The notes below the pieces were generated by a model that was not told where the DNA came from, ran no database searches, and worked only from the letters and a program-made list of their open reading frames with translations. Below, one piece after another: positions 46,564 to 60,842 of a stretch of 64,000 nucleotides of DNA. Made by a program: the position numbers and the translations under genes. Numbering within the stretch: the stretch's first letter is position 1; the number at the start of each line of letters is the position of its first letter. The DNA comes from Strigamia acuminata (lineage: Eukaryota): positions 8,432,001 through 8,496,000 of the forward strand of contig OX442314.1 in NCBI GenBank assembly GCA_949358305.1, read 5' to 3'.

Positions 46564-47328
46564 CAGGGTGTCCTAAAAGTCTGAACCCCTCCAAATATTT
46601 CTTGAGCAATTGCATCTAGGCCAACTTTGATGAAGCGATTGTATAGGAAGTTGGGTGAGAGCAATCCAATGACGTCATCTAATTTTATCTTGAAGGTCAT
46701 TTTCAAGGTCATTCACTTGCTAACTTTTAAACCAATCAGGCTAGAGTAAAAAAGTCAATTACAAAGTTGTAGAGCACTATCAAATTAGTACTATCCAACT
46801 TATCTTAGTCATCTTAAGTTAAATGTTTTCCTTTTAAAAAGGAGACAAATCAGCTGAAATAAAGCCAGCCATTGTGACAAAACTTAAATTGCTATTAGAA
46901 AAATACTGAATTACTTAGATAAACGTATTCAAATGTGCATTATTATGCAAGTAAACAACAAAAACCACTGCCTTTTTTTAATGCTTCAATAATTATTAGA
47001 TTACAAGAATAAAAAATTTCACTTTTTGGGTTTTTTTTCTGATTTGCCTCCTTTTTAAAAAGAAAACATTTAACTTAAGATGACTGAGATAAATTGGATA
47101 GCACTAATTTGATGGTGCTCTACAACTTTGTAATTGACTTTTTTGCTCTAACCTGATTGGTTTAGAAGTTAGCAAGTGAATGACCTTGAAAATGACCTTC
47201 AAGGTCAAATTTGATGACGTCATTGGATTGCTCTCACCCAACTTCCTATACGATCGCTTTATCAAAATTGGCCTAGATGCAATTGCTCAGGAAATATTTG
47301 GAGGGGTACAGACTTTTAGGACACCCTG
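46564..47328. mobile_element. Palindromic Tc1/mariner-type MITE
   Basis: TA-CAGGGTGTCCTAAAAGTCTG ... CAGACTTTTAGGACACCCTG-TA, with ~290-bp inverted arms. Confidence 0.85.
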
Positions 47329-47340
47329 TATATATATATA

Positions 47341-47912
47341 CAGGGTGTATCAGAATTCATGTTACACAGAAATAAGGGGTATAGAAGTGGACCAGGAGAT
47401 CACATTTCCACTAATCAAAAATTCCAAAAAAAATTTCCCACTTTGTTACAACCCCAAAAACAATGGAAGATTTCAAATATCGGGTTACGCATATCGCCCA
47501 CATTTTCGAGGTTAAAGCGCAATTCTCAAATAAAAAGATACAAACCTATCATTTTAATGTTAAAGAATCACAAAAAAAAGCCCAAAAATCCAGGAAAACT
47601 AGAATAAATCATTTATGTAAAAGATTAATTTCCTTAGATTATTTACCAAGCTGTGCATTTGAACATGTAGAGCATTTCTTGTAATAAACTTCTGCTGTTG
47701 GCTACCGATTGTGTCTTTTTATTTGAGAATTATGCTTTAACCTGGCAAATGTGGGCGATATGCATGACGCGCGATATTTGAAATCTTCCATTGTTTTTGG
47801 GTTGTAACAAAATGGGAAATTTTTTTTGGAATTTTTGATTAGTGGAAACGTGATCTCCTGGTCCCTCTCTATACCCCCTATTTCTGTGTAACATGAATTC
47901 TGATACACCCTG
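47341..47912. mobile_element. Palindromic Tc1/mariner-type MITE
   Basis: TA-CAGGGTGTATCAGAATTCATG ... CATGAATTCTGATACACCCTG-TA, with ~200-bp inverted arms. Confidence 0.85.
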
Positions 47913-48884
47913 TATATATTACAGTATTGAACATTAATTTACTATTGAGTCATTAAAAATTATTAAATTATTATTTTCTCAATGGGTCATTATGACCGGT
48001 TTTAGCCATTCTAGGTAGGGGAAAATTCCGGCCGTTCTAGTGTTAAATGACTTTATGAATGCGCCTACTGTTCTAAACAAACAATCGAAAGAAAAGTCGG
48101 CTCCACTGTGCTGCATTTGGCACCTCTGCTGCCAATTGTTCCATTTTAACAATGGATTAAATTTTTATTTCTTCTCTTTCTCACTGACAAATTGCAAGCA
48201 GTTGTTCCACAATTAAATCCACCAGATTAAAAAAAAAGAACCTAAAAAAATCTCCTTTTGAATCATGTCCAAGAAACCGCTCGCTCCAGAAACATCGAAG
48301 TTTTTTCACCGGATACAAAACTACAGATCTCAGACCCAAACAATTACTGCTGTTAACTCTTCTTGGTAAACAAAACAATGACTGACCTCCAAATAGGATA
48401 TTGTGCATTTGGCCACCACCCAAACATCATTTCCATTCACCCAAAAGATGGCACCACCATTCCATCCCGAATCACAAATAATTCATTGGTTTTCTGTCAA
48501 ATAGGAGACTATATATTTTCTATAGAAGAGAGCTGAATGAATTGTGATGAACCACTTTAATGTTATATGATTATATCCTTTAAAATTCTCCTCCATGTAA
48601 TTAAACTGCTTTGCACACACACTCTCTGGCCTTTGAAAATGAAGTCCATAAATAATATTGCTACTTGACATACCCCTTGCGGTAAAGCCGCTTATCGGAA
48701 ATGGAACGTCAAGAGCTTTGACCTCTCAATATTGTATTCATTAGTTACATAGGGGCTTTAAACCACGACTTTTCTGGTAGGCCTATAACATATTTCATGA
48801 GAGTAAAATTGTGCAATACGGGGAGTTAGGTAAATTGTAATAAATTATGAAACGATTTTGCTATACATGTATTCCCTCATTATA

Positions 48885-49419
48885 CAGTGGTGGAAAAAAG
48901 TTTGAGACCAGTCTACAGGTTTCTTAGTTGCAAGTCAAATTTTGACTTGAAAATTTATTTACAGGTTTATATCATGACAATAAAGCATTGTTCAAAATTA
49001 TAAGACAATAACTCAAACCAAATTTAAAAAATAAAAAAAGTTGTTCAAAAAATGTCATTTATGCTAGAAAAAAGTTTGAGACCATGTGCTCTAAATCATC
49101 AAAACTATATCCAATTTTCATTTCTAATGTTTGGTATGCTTCCTATTCGTTCTAATAACTATAATGAACCTATTTGTGATTGAATAAACTAAATATTTTA
49201 GATTATTTGGTGTTGTCCTTAACATGTGTAGGTGCATTATTTGGTGAAATTCAAACATTGAAACATTAATTTCATCTCTAAATTGAAGAAGAGTAGTATA
49301 TTGCTTCAGAATGTGGTGAAACAAATGCAGAATTTGGTGTAACAACTGCAAGAATTGACATCAAAATTTGACTTGCAACTAAAAAACCTGTAGTGGTCTC
49401 AAACTTTTTTCCACCACTG
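48885..49419. mobile_element. Tc1-like MITE
   Basis: TA-CAGTGGTGGAAAAAAGTTTGAGACCA ... TGGTCTCAAACTTTTTTCCACCACTG-TA. Confidence 0.85.
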
Positions 49420-50169
49420 TATTCAGAAATGCATTATGCAACAAAAGAATGTACAGTCGGACCTGTTATAACAAACTGCGGTACAACGAATTTTTTTACA
49501 ACGAATTGCGGTATAAAGAATTTTTTTTATAACGAATTGCAGTATAACGAATTTTTTGTTATTAACGAATACTTAAAAACGGCTTTGTTGATTGGTTAAT
49601 TAATGAAGTGATTTAATGACATTAATGGCACTCTTAAACTTACAAACAATTAACTAAAACCATAGGCCTTTCGATCCAACGATCATCTTCAGTGGTTGGT
49701 TGGCCATAAAACACTGTTAAAAAATTTTTGAAATACAATAGAACCTCAATTATCCGAACTAATTGGGTACAAGGGTGTTCATAAAACCGAATTGTTTGGA
49801 TAATCGAACATTAGGTTTATACACATACTGTACTGCATACGAAAATAAAGTCTTTAAAATATTGCTAAAAGACATTCAAACCGACCAAAAATGGATAAAA
49901 ATTGTCAAAAAACATTAAAACCAATGAGAAATAGGTGAAAAAAAATTCATCAAAAATCGATTAAAAAAACAGTAAAAAATCGATAAAAAATCGCCTAATG
50001 CTGGTCGGATAATCGAACGGTCGTATAACCGGTGTTCCGAAAAACGAGGTTCTAGTGTAACAAGATTTTGTTGTAATGAACAGATTTTTCGAGTCCCTTG
50101 CAAGTCCTGTATTCGACTGTATTTGAAGGCGGAAAAATGCATTTCTATGAGAAATAAATTCATTTGATG

Positions 50170-50585
50170 TGAAAAAATTGCATTTTGAGATGAAAAAATT
50201 GCATTTTGAGGCAAAAAAAAATTGCATTTTGTGGTAAAAAAAAATTGCATTTAGAGGTGAAAAAATTGCAATTTGAGGTGAAAAAATTGCATTTTGAGGT
50301 GAAAAAATTGCATTTCGAGGTAAAAAAAATTGCATTTTAGGGTGAAAAAATTGCATTTTAAAATGAAAAAAATTGCATTTTTAGGTGAAAAAATTGCATT
50401 TTTAGGTGAAAAAATTGCATTTTTAGGTGAAAAAATTGCATTTTTAGGTGAAAAAATTGCATTTTTAGGTGAAAAAATTGCATTTTTAGGTGAAAAAATT
50501 GCATTTTTAGGTGAAAAAATTGCATTTTTAGGTGAAAAAATTGCATTTTTAGGTGAAAAAATTGCATTTTGAGATGAAAAAATTG
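50170..50585. repeat. 21-bp tandem repeat (AAAAAATTGCATTTTTAGGTG)
   Basis: Visible array. Confidence 0.9.
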
Positions 50586-50931
50586 TATTATAAGACAAAA
50601 CAATTATAAGAGATAAAAAAAACCTATTTTGTCGAAAAAAAGATGCTTTTTTGGACACAAAAAGGCATTTTTATGTGTACTGGAAAGGCCGAAGCAATTT
50701 CCCCTTTCACTCCCCTTAACCCAGCCTTCATTTTCCCCACAAAACACACAATTATTGAAAATCCAACAATTTCAATGTAAAAAAAAGTTTCAAAAGTAAA
50801 TAAATCTCAATTCCCCCTGTCGTTATCGCTACTTCGCTGACAGTATACTCATAAAACCTCTGCAGTGTCCATTCACCTTGATGCTGAACAAAGCAGAATT
50901 ACTAACAAATCCTTTTCTTCATCCCATTTAG

Positions 50932-51081
50932 AGAATCCAGAAGCCGTTCCTGGAAGCCGTCAGCGAGACGCTAGGAGACCGTTACACCGAAAACATGGAA
51001 ACCATCTACACGGTGACCATTCAATTTATTCTCGAGACACTAGTCAAGGGTTTCGAGATAGGCGAGAAGGAGAAAGTCTGA
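50932..51081 (+). CDS. Globin X-like terminal exon
   Basis: Branch point ACTAAC, TTTAG|RIQKPFLEAVSETLGDRYTENMETIYTVTIQFILETLVKGFEIGEKEKV*; G/H helices in phase with the 44588-44819 exon. Confidence 0.92.
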   Translation, partial: RIQKPFLEAVSETLGDRYTENMETIYTVTIQFILETLVKGFEIGEKEKV

Positions 51082-52750
51082 TCCCTTGGTCCAAAATCAA
51101 GCATAGATGAAGACAAGAAAAATGTACAACCAACACCTGAAATCCAAGAAAGCAAAAATTAATATATATATTTAAAACACGGGGCAAAACAAAGACATGT
51201 TTTCCGAAGCCGAGCCAATGCACGATTTCTTCCGGCCAAGCGCTAGACTTGTCCCTATGGCCAATAGATGTTTGAAAACAATTTGGATTTAACAAAAATG
51301 GGACATTCACACACATGGGAAACAACTAAACAAGGTTAAATGTAAATTAAGAAAACCAAAGTATAAGAAATCCCGTCCAAATGTGTTGGCCCACAAACTG
51401 TTTGTATATTGTGCTTTCATTTTATTCAATAGAAATGGAATCCCCTTTTCCTAACTTCCTTCAAAACTTCCTTTTCCAAATTATTCTGCTCTTAAATGTT
51501 CCTAATGTAATGAGTGTTTACAGATATAAAGAAGAGAAAAAAGAAAAAGAAAAACAAAGGCCTCTGTTCTATCTTTGGCATTTAGTATCCTGACATTCCA
51601 TAATACTGAGAAATAAAAGCAAACAAAGTCACTGCATATTTTTTCCTTCCCAGAAAAGAGAAAGAATAGTTTTCTAGTAACCGTTAGCGGGTTTTCCGCG
51701 ATTAAATGCCGTTACGTTTGAAGGAGTGAAGCACGAAAAGACGAGTTCGAATTTACAGTGGCAACGATTACTGAGTTTACATGATCAGTTACTACGTTTA
51801 CATGGTAACAGTTTTCCAGATAAGTGAAAATTCGGATTTTATTTTTCCGGTTGAGAGGGTTTGTAACCCCTAGTTCGCGCCAACTTTGAAATATAGATGA
51901 CACCACTGTTTTCCCATAGAAACCCATGTTAATTCGTTTTTCAAGTTTATCTCGCTTAAAAATGAGTCTTTTTTTCCGTGTGCGTTTATACGACGCTAGT
52001 TTTGTTCATTAATTTCCCACAAGCAATCTGCTTATTAGGAAAAAACATAATGGCTATCTATCTATTTCAACCGCTACACAAACAAAATTTAGCCGAAGTA
52101 TTAAAATTTGTTATTAAAGCCCGGAACCCAAGCAGCAAGTAAAATTGACCCATTGTTGGTTTTTAAGTGGCAGTAATATTGAACCAATAATATAATGTTA
52201 ACATTTTGCAATAACAGCTTCACATTAACTACAATCTTGGAATAATTGAAGGTATAATACAAATTTATTGAGCTCATGTTGGCAATTTATCCAACACTGT
52301 GCCAATATCTGCCCTATACAGACTTCAAATATGGACCCAACAAAAAATATTGGACAAACATGGAATATTTTGCCAATTAAACACCAAAAATGGTTACCAA
52401 GATGAGCATATTAAGGAAAAAACAATGTTGGAAATATGTTGGTTTGACGCCAATTACAGAATCTACAAAATCTGTATTGCGTCTTCATAACTTCATTAAT
52501 TGCTGCTTGGGAATAAAATTTTTTTATTTATACTCGATTCCATTACTATTACTGTGCCATTTTACATGAGTACAGCACTGTTATGCATGCATAAGTGTTT
52601 AAATTGCTAATGGCAATGCGCAAAACACCCAAAATCTACCTCGTACCAACAAAATTTGCTTTTTTGAAAAAGCATGTCTTTTGCGCAAAACTGTTTCCAT
52701 AATTAATTTTACAAAAAAGTTCGGATTTTCAATTTCCTGGAAAACATTAA

Positions 52751-53094
52751 GGGGTTTCATAAATGACACACTGAAGGCGCTGAAGTGATTCTTCCAATAA
52801 TCACAATCACTGCATTATTGAGGACCCACGCCAGGTCCAAGTAATTATTTTGCATGACACATGACTTTTATTGATACTTTTATTTTATTTTGTTTGTTTT
52901 TGTTAAATTAAACTATTTATTTATTTTTATTTGTCTACTAATTTATAACCGACTCTTTTCCTTAGTTTAAGCATTCTTCAGCACTAAAAACTCCTTTTCA
53001 GAAAATAAATAAATAAATGCTGAAGTGATTATTCATGTGATTGGTCCGCACAGGTCACGTGATAATCCCTTCAGCGTGTCATTTATGAAACCCC
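52751..53094. mobile_element. PIF/Harbinger-like MITE
   Basis: TAA-GGGGTTTCATAAATGACAC ... GTGTCATTTATGAAACCCC-TTA; related remnant at ~8050-8190. Confidence 0.7.
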
Positions 53095-54344
53095 TTATTG
53101 TCCATGTAAACTAAGTAAATTCAGATGGCGTTTAATCGCTGGAATACGGTAGAATCCAAGACTGATCATTCGTAGGACCATTCCCATCTGATTTGTACTT
53201 AGCTAATTTTGTTTTCGAAAGTCTACTTTTGTAGCGGATGAAAGCGAAAAACCAACGAAGAAGAAACAATAGACGTATTCTTCAACTGCTTTGCACTTCC
53301 CAAATCAAATCAAAATTCTACATTTTTTAATTTCATTATTCCAGACACCAATCACTTGGCAAAGCAAGCAGAAAGACTGCCATTTGCTCCTTTGTTGCAT
53401 TACAAAATATGAGCAACTTTTAAGCAGCCAGTTTGCATTATTGATTGTTGCATCATAAATAATTTTTCCAACAATTTGAGAACACTTCTGGGAAATGCAA
53501 AGCTTCAATTATTAAAAACCCAAAAATGCATTGTTGAAAATGCAAAGTGCATCATTAAACACAGGATTTTACATCTAACATATTTTCATTGTGATTGTGG
53601 CTCCACCTATGGACAAAATAACAAAACATATTTACACCATAACCATTTAACTTATGGTTTATTGTTGCGACTGCTTGCAACAAAGCTGGCGGTGAACCAC
53701 CATTTGTTGTCAGAAAGTTGAAATATTTCAACAATAGGTGGAGCTTGATTCAGCTTCAGATTCAGAAAAAATGGCTGATGGGAAGTCCTGTGTTTAATTG
53801 TCCTAGATTTAACTGTTACTATTTTGATAAGTGTGCATATTGTTGTAAGTTCAAGAGTTTGATAAGTATTCCTCCTTCCTCTCTGAATCATTCATTATCT
53901 AGTCATCAATAAAGTGCATTTGTATCATCAGTGGAATAGAAAAGCCTTCAAGTGGATTTCGATCTTTATGTATAGAAATTGGTTGGCAAAATCCAAAATA
54001 TACTCCAAAATAAATTCATACCTTATATGTTTTTCCCAGTTTCCAGCGAATAAAATTATTCAACGACCGATAATAGATTTTGCGCCATGTACTTCTTCTT
54101 CGATGTGCGCTGTATCGCATATACTTCTCTACATATAACCCACCTACATATACTTTTTGGGACAATGTTCTTAACACTTCCGTTAGCGTTAGACGTAAGG
54201 TATTACCCCGCTTTGAAGATCATGCCCTAAAATGCGAGTTCGACTATATCTGGAGATCTGATTGGCGACCCTTCTTAAAGCATGCCGTAAAGGTAAAATT
54301 CCTGCTGGAGAATTGGGTCTCGTTTTATCCGGCACTGCCAGATG

Positions 54345-55090
54345 TACTCTGAGTCGATATAATGTTGTCCTTTTCCAGCCGTATCACTGGTGTAGTAGCA
54401 CTAAAAAATAGCCCAAAACACCAGAATTGTAATCGAACCCCAGACATTAAGATCGATTACCAACACTTGTTTCATTGTCAACGATAATGCTATGACACAG
54501 AAATACTTTTCCGCATAGTAGAGCATAGTCCGAAGTTAAGCGTAATGCGGCTGGAATCAGGCAGTGTTGTATCGAACGCAAACTAAGTTTGCGTTCGCAA
54601 ACTAAGTTTGTTAGTTTTGTTAGTTCACGAACTAAGATCGCAAACTAGTTTACTTTTGCAAAAAACGAACTTAGTTCATGTTTAAGAGTGAACACTACGT
54701 TTGATAATGAAAACGTCGCAAAAGCGTAACTTTTAGCATCGGTTTTAAACGTTTTGATGACGTTTTCATCATCAAAACATTCATATTGATCACTTTTTAC
54801 ACCGAAAACGGCAAAATTAGCCATTTTCGTCATTGAAATCAATAAAACGACTACTTTACTAAAAAATAAGTGTTTTTTTTTCATCTGCAAACCACAAAAC
54901 ATAAAAAAAAAACGTTTCAATTTTTTTTTAAAAAAATTGGAAAAGTGAACTGAACTATTGGTTCAAGTTCGTGAACTCGAACTTAGTTCACTTTGAAAAA
55001 AATTGTAGTGAACGTGAACGTGAACTAGTTCGCGATTTGGTGAACGAGATACAACACTGGAATTAGGACATTATATCGGCTCAGAGAATA
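54345..55090. mobile_element. TACTCT-family MITE, copy 5 (older, interrupted by a hAT-like element)
   Basis: TACTCTGAGTCGATATAATG ... CATTATATCGGCTCAGAGAATA; body homologous to the other copies. Confidence 0.7.
54562..55059. mobile_element. hAT-like non-autonomous element
   Basis: CAGTGTTGTATC / GATACAACACTG TIRs; 8-bp TSD GAATCAGG / GAATTAGG. Confidence 0.8.
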
Positions 55091-56413
55091 GTTTCAATTA
55101 TCTGGTAACCTGGTCGGACTCACGATTGTACAGCATGCCCTCCAAAGCGAGGTAATATGCAGGGCCACCTTATCCATAAGACAAAGCAGGCACATGGACC
55201 TGAAAAATTGATTCATTATAACGAGAATTCGCTATATCAAAATTTTTTAACATGGTGTTCTATGGCCAGCCAACTAAAGCAGCCAGTTTTAAGTATTCGT
55301 TATATCGATAATTTGTTATATCGTGATTCGTTATAAAGAGTTTCAACTGTACAAAAATTGTAATACATGCATGCAAATGATGAAATTCGCATAAAAATCG
55401 GTAACAATTTCAGACAAAGGCCTCTAGAAATCAAAGTGCCTAAAGCCTACGAAAATCTTAAAGTGGCCCTGGTAGTAAGGTATGCACAACGCCCCTCAAA
55501 CAACATACAATTGCAAAAACTAATTTTTTAGAGTTCGCAGCATCAGGAAAGTCATTAACTACATTTTTCTTTAAAATATTTTCTTACCTTGTATATACTT
55601 TGGGTCACAAGGAAAATGCTTCAAAATTTGTGTGCAGAATAAAAAAAATGTTAGGAAGCCCTGTACTAGAATCTTCTTTTCAAAGACCAATAGCTAAAAA
55701 TCACAAAGAAAAAATATATGGTGCAAACTCTACACTGGTTGAACCTTGAGCCATTAAGAATAATATAATCATACACTTTAAATTTAAATTAAGTTAGTTG
55801 TAGCGTAATTAGAAAAGAAACCGTTTCCTCCAGTGAGGTTTCCTCAGCAACACAAAAATCCAATTAAATTTTTGCTTCGGTTAACCTGCACTCACCACTT
55901 AAATTTGCTTTTCTATTAAAAACACAAGATTCAAAACCCAGTTTTGCAAATAAATTATTATTGTTGTATTTAGTTGTTTCAATAAATAAGTTTTGCAACT
56001 AAACAGCTTTTCTTCTCTAACTAAGCTAGAACACAATAAGCACCTCCACAGTGATATCACAAAATCCAAACACTAACACCCAAAACACTTAAAACATGGC
56101 TTTTTGAAGGCAGCTATAGTCGGTGCATTGAATCTTACACTAATATCATTTCAGCGCATGATTACAATTTGCACTGCTTCTACAGTTTGCTCCCAACATC
56201 TCTATGCTAAATTCATACTGCAAATCTTATTCGGCGCAGATGATTTCATAATTTCAGTTGTTATTTAGCAGTGTTAAGCCTTATATTAGGCATAATAATT
56301 CTACGTAAAATAAAATAAACAACAACGAACTCATTATTCAAGCAATTTACAGCACGATACCGAAATATTTATTACTAGTCGTGCCCAGCCACGCGTTGCT
56401 ATGGCTCATCTCT

Positions 56414-56725
56414 TAAATCCCGTGGAAATAAATCCCGTGGAAATAAATCCCGTGGAAATAAATCCCGTGGAAATAAATCCCGTGGAAATAAATCCCGTGG
56501 AAATAAATCCCGTGGAAATAAATCCCGTGGAAATAAATCCCGTGGAAATAAATCCCGTAGAAATAAATAAATCCCGTGGAAATAAATAAATCCCGTGGAA
56601 ATAAATAAATCCCGTGGAAATGAATAAATCCCGTGAAAATGAATAAATCCCGTGGAAATGAATAAATCCCGTGGAAATAAATAAATCCCGTTGAAATAAA
56701 TAAATCCCGTTGAAATAAATCCCGT
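56414..56725. repeat. 15/19-bp minisatellite (AAATAAATCCCGTGG)
   Basis: Visible array. Confidence 0.92.
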
Positions 56726-56864
56726 CTGTTAATTTTACATCCAACAGGTGGCGTTATTTTTCAGATATTTAGTACAGCATGTGTTGCTTTAACGTCCAAC
56801 ATATGGCGCTGGCGCTGTTTTTCTAAAAAGCATGTTTTTACCTGTCACAGGTGTGACATCCATA

Positions 56865-58350
56865 CAACTCCTTGCCAAAAAAATGGAATAATCAATTTTT
56901 GACAATGCCTTTTCATTTTATAATTGTAATTTGAAGACGCCCATACAAAATTATAAATCGTGCTTTTAGTATATAAAACTACAATTATTAAGCTACCATT
57001 TGGTCAAAACAGAACAATAAAATCACTTCTGGTTGCTATTTTATTCAACTTTAGACACGGACAAAAAAATGGAATATTTTTTTCCTGTGCCAAAAAAATA
57101 GAATAATCCAATAAAGTAATTGAATTATGCAAATTAGTATACGCTTTACGTTAGATGACGCCATACGTACATCGCCCACACACATCTAAATATGTCTAAG
57201 CATGTCTGGCCAGTGTGAAGTTCTAATTCATGACAAACATGGGTGGCAAAAAAGACTTGTCACCTGCGACGAGAAAAGTAATTCTAAAGTTCCATCAAGA
57301 CAATAAAACGCAAGCAGAAATCGCCAAGGCTGTTAACTGTAGCCAATCTACAGTGTCAAAAGTTCTCAAACAAGTCAATTCAAATCACGGACTCCACAAC
57401 AACCGTGAAAATTGTGATAGAAAGCGCTCAACAACTGCCAGAAATGATCGAAAACTGTGCACAATTGTGAGGAAAAACAGATTTAAATCGACTAGACAAT
57501 ATCATAATATGTGGAAACAGGAAAATGTAGCTACTTCCCATCGCACAACTGTCCGTCGACTTCATGAACTGAACTTTAAAAGTTGTGCACTAAACGTAAG
57601 CCACTGTTAACACAGAAGCAACGACAAAAACGAGTTAAGTGGATGTCGGAGGATTGGGCAAACGTAATTTTCAGTTTTGTATTTTATATGGTGACCAGGG
57701 TGTCACGGTTTGGAGAACAAAGGATGAGGCATATCATCGAACAACTTTAAAGCAATGTGTGAAATTTCAGGGTAGTGTGATGATATGGGGTTGTATGTGC
57801 ACACGAGGTGTTGGGCACATGACAACCACCCGGGGGACTGTTAATTCTGAAGAATATCAAGAACTACTCGAATATTTCCTAATTCCATCCATTGAGGACC
57901 TTTTCTCCGATGATGATGATGCTGATGTCATTTTTCAGCTAGATTTGGCCCCTGCCCATGCTTCAACATCAACTAAAGAATGGTTTGAAACACACAACTT
58001 CAATGTACTTTCAGGCTGTCATTAAGGCAAGAGGATACCTGACCAAATATTAAGTTCTTTTCATGTGTATTTGATTATGTTTCAATAAAAATAATTACTT
58101 TATTAGATTATTCTATTTTTTTGGCACAGGAAAAAAAATATTCCATTTTTTTGTCCGTGTTTAAAGTTGAATAAAATAGCAACCAGAAGTGATTTTATTG
58201 TTCTGTTTCGACCAAATGGTAGCTTAATAATTGTAGTTTTATATACTAAAAGCACGATTCATAATTTTGTATGGGCGTCTTCAAATTACAATTATAAAAT
58301 GAAAAGGCATTGTCAAAAATTGATTATTCCATTTTTTTGGCAAGGAGTTG
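56865..58350 (+). mobile_element. Tc1-family transposon with long (~255-bp) IR/DR-type TIRs
   Basis: TA-CAACTCCTTGCCAAAAAAATGGAATA ... TATTCCATTTTTTTGGCAAGGAGTTG-TA; AAAAAAATGGAATA is repeated within each TIR. Confidence 0.9.
57230..58053 (+). pseudogene. Tc1 transposase, frameshifted and internally deleted
   Basis: HTH QAEIAKAVNCSQSTVSKVL, TVRRRL-like segment, GSVMIWGC, degenerate FQQDNAPAH (FQLDLAPAH); the first Asp region and SPDLNPIE are missing. Confidence 0.85.
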
Positions 58351-60842
58351 TATAGTAGATATATAAAAACACTCCCCTATTCGAATGCAACGTTGTGTCA
58401 AAATTTCAAAGCAATCGGTGAAGAACTTTCGGAGATTTAAGATTTTGTATAAACAAACATTTACATTTTTATTTATACAGATTATTATTTAGTAAAATTT
58501 GGCATTTACGTTATAAGTGATTTCTTACTTGGGACTTAGAACAAATCCGATTTCATTTTGTTTTTAAAAAAACAAAAATTTCATACCAAAGTTATACGTT
58601 ACACTGTAATAGTGTTTAAATCGAATTTCACAAAGTCCCTAATGTGTTTTCCAAAGCGAAAACACATTAATAATTTATAATTCAACTCATCTATATTTAT
58701 TTGCTAACATTTGCTGGCCTGAAACAATATTGTCTTTAAGATATTTTCTTAGCATGCCTTTTATTTCCTTCTATTAAGAATAATTCTTCCATTAAATGTT
58801 CTTGCTGCACAGCACACTGTCTGCAGTATTGAAGAAACCCATTAAATCTTTGCCAACAAATTATACTAAAATTTGTGATGTTTTTCCCATCTTTCCTCCC
58901 TCCCCCCCCCCCCCCCCCGAAAAAAATGAGTGGCATTTCTGTCATCACTGAGGCTTTAAGTATTAAGATTATTCACACTGTCGGTCGGCGATAAGCTGCC
59001 GGATCAAGGATCAATTAACTCCTTCAAATGAGTTATTGACAAGTGCAACAAACTGGCAGCTGACTTAATTAAAACTGTGCTAACTCAATAGATTGCCTCG
59101 ACAAAGGAAATTACATGTTGTGTCCTCAGTTAGGACTATTGAATAACCTTTAACAACCAAAAGGCCATGGGGTGAATGAAGTAAAGCATTTGTTTCTGCC
59201 GTTACCAGATTGAGTAAACTCTATTCGCCCAGAGCATACACTGATTCTCATTGGTTGCCGTCTTTATCATTGTGTAGATACATAGAAAATGATCAGGTGA
59301 TCATCTCACAATTGTGTAATCCACAATTGTTAATTTTTTTTAAAAAAAGCCGCATGCCGAAAAACCCCGTTTTTACTGGCATGCCGGTGTAGCTAAAACA
59401 GGCATAAAAAGTATTCTAAGATGTCCAGATGTAGAAAATTAGCCCAAATTTCTACAAATTTTCCAAAAATTTTAGTAATAATCTTCAGAATATCAAGAAA
59501 ACTCAAATTTCATTGCCGCTTTCCACCCGCAATTTCACTGTTTTAAGTCCGCAAAAATAGCAGGTTTAATTATTGGGACTCTTCTGGAGCGCTTTGATGT
59601 ATCAGCGCCCTCTGCCCATAAAACGTCCAATTTGTTTGGACTGTTTGCACGAGAAACCCAGCAGTAATTTGCCCAACGACCAATAAGAATAAGAGGATTC
59701 TCCGGCTGAATATAATTTAATTCATTTAAAATCTGTTCAATGTAATTCACTGTGAGAAGAAAAGCAACAAAGAAAACTAATATTCCTTGCATTGATGCTA
59801 CAATAGCACTGAAAAAATGATTAAATGCTGTTTCTAAGAGGAAAGACTTTTTTTCTTTCCTGTCCCAGAAATCCAGCTACCACAGGTTTCTGGTCCAATG
59901 CAGATGTCAATATTTGTTTTATGCAGATGGTTTCTTTTATTCCATGCATTTTCCACAGCTCATTCACCTGATCCTCCACTCCAACATCCGCTCAGCCCAG
60001 CAAAGTTTGCTTGTAAAGTGAAACCTAGATATGGTGATCGCTTACGGAGATCTGATTACATCGTCGATTCCGTCTAAAAGGATAATCCAACACCGTCCAT
60101 GTAGCGGAAATAACAACCAGTAACAACAACGCCACAATGGAAAACAATTCCCATCAAGTAATGGTGCTAAAAACACAACAAACAATCCCTTCCCCACATA
60201 GTTTTATCTTATCTGACAAGAAGATGAGTGCTGACCTAATCTCGACAATTACTCAAGCGCGAGGTGTATTTGATCCGAGAATTTACTGATAGAAAATAAT
60301 GTAGATAGTGAAAATGAGATAGTGAAAATGAGAATTAACCTTGAGATTAGGTTTAACAAAACAACAATCGTTTTCCCGATCAATCCCATGGCATTTGACA
60401 TTTGATGCTTGATTCGTAAAGGCTCCACTGGGGGGCGCCAGTAGCACGAGAAAAAATCCCGAGAATTATGCATGGCGCCAGGAATTTCTTTCGGGTAAGA
60501 ACCAATCAGACGTCAAAAGCGGTTTCTTACGCACCTCGGGATTGGTCGGGAGAACGATTGTTTTGTTAGGCCTAATCTCATTCGTAGTTATTTATAGACA
60601 AAGCTAGTGGTAAATTCTCAGAAAAAAAAAGTTTCTTACAATTTTTGACGATTGAAATCTCGCTAGCTCAGATGTGAATTCTTCGATTTAAATCCCAATA
60701 AATTGTTTTTCATAAATTAAGCTTATCTAGACTATTATCCAAGATGTATTATACCCAAAATCATTACTTCTTGAATTCATCCTCAAGTGTAATGTATCTA
60801 ATAAAAAAAATACAGTTTAAACTCTTTATAACGAATCGCGAT

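Larger units (their letters stand above)
46098..48042. mobile_element. TTAA-flanked (piggyBac-like) non-autonomous element hosting two MITEs
   Basis: TTAA-CACTAGAA ... TTCTAGTG-TTAA, with subterminal GACCGG motifs. Confidence 0.6.
56375..58481 (-). mobile_element. Non-autonomous Helitron-like element containing a minisatellite and a Tc1 insertion
   Basis: On minus: A|TC.. start at 58481, 3' hairpin GCCATAGCAACGCGTGGC, then CTAG|T at 56375; no TSD. Confidence 0.65.
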
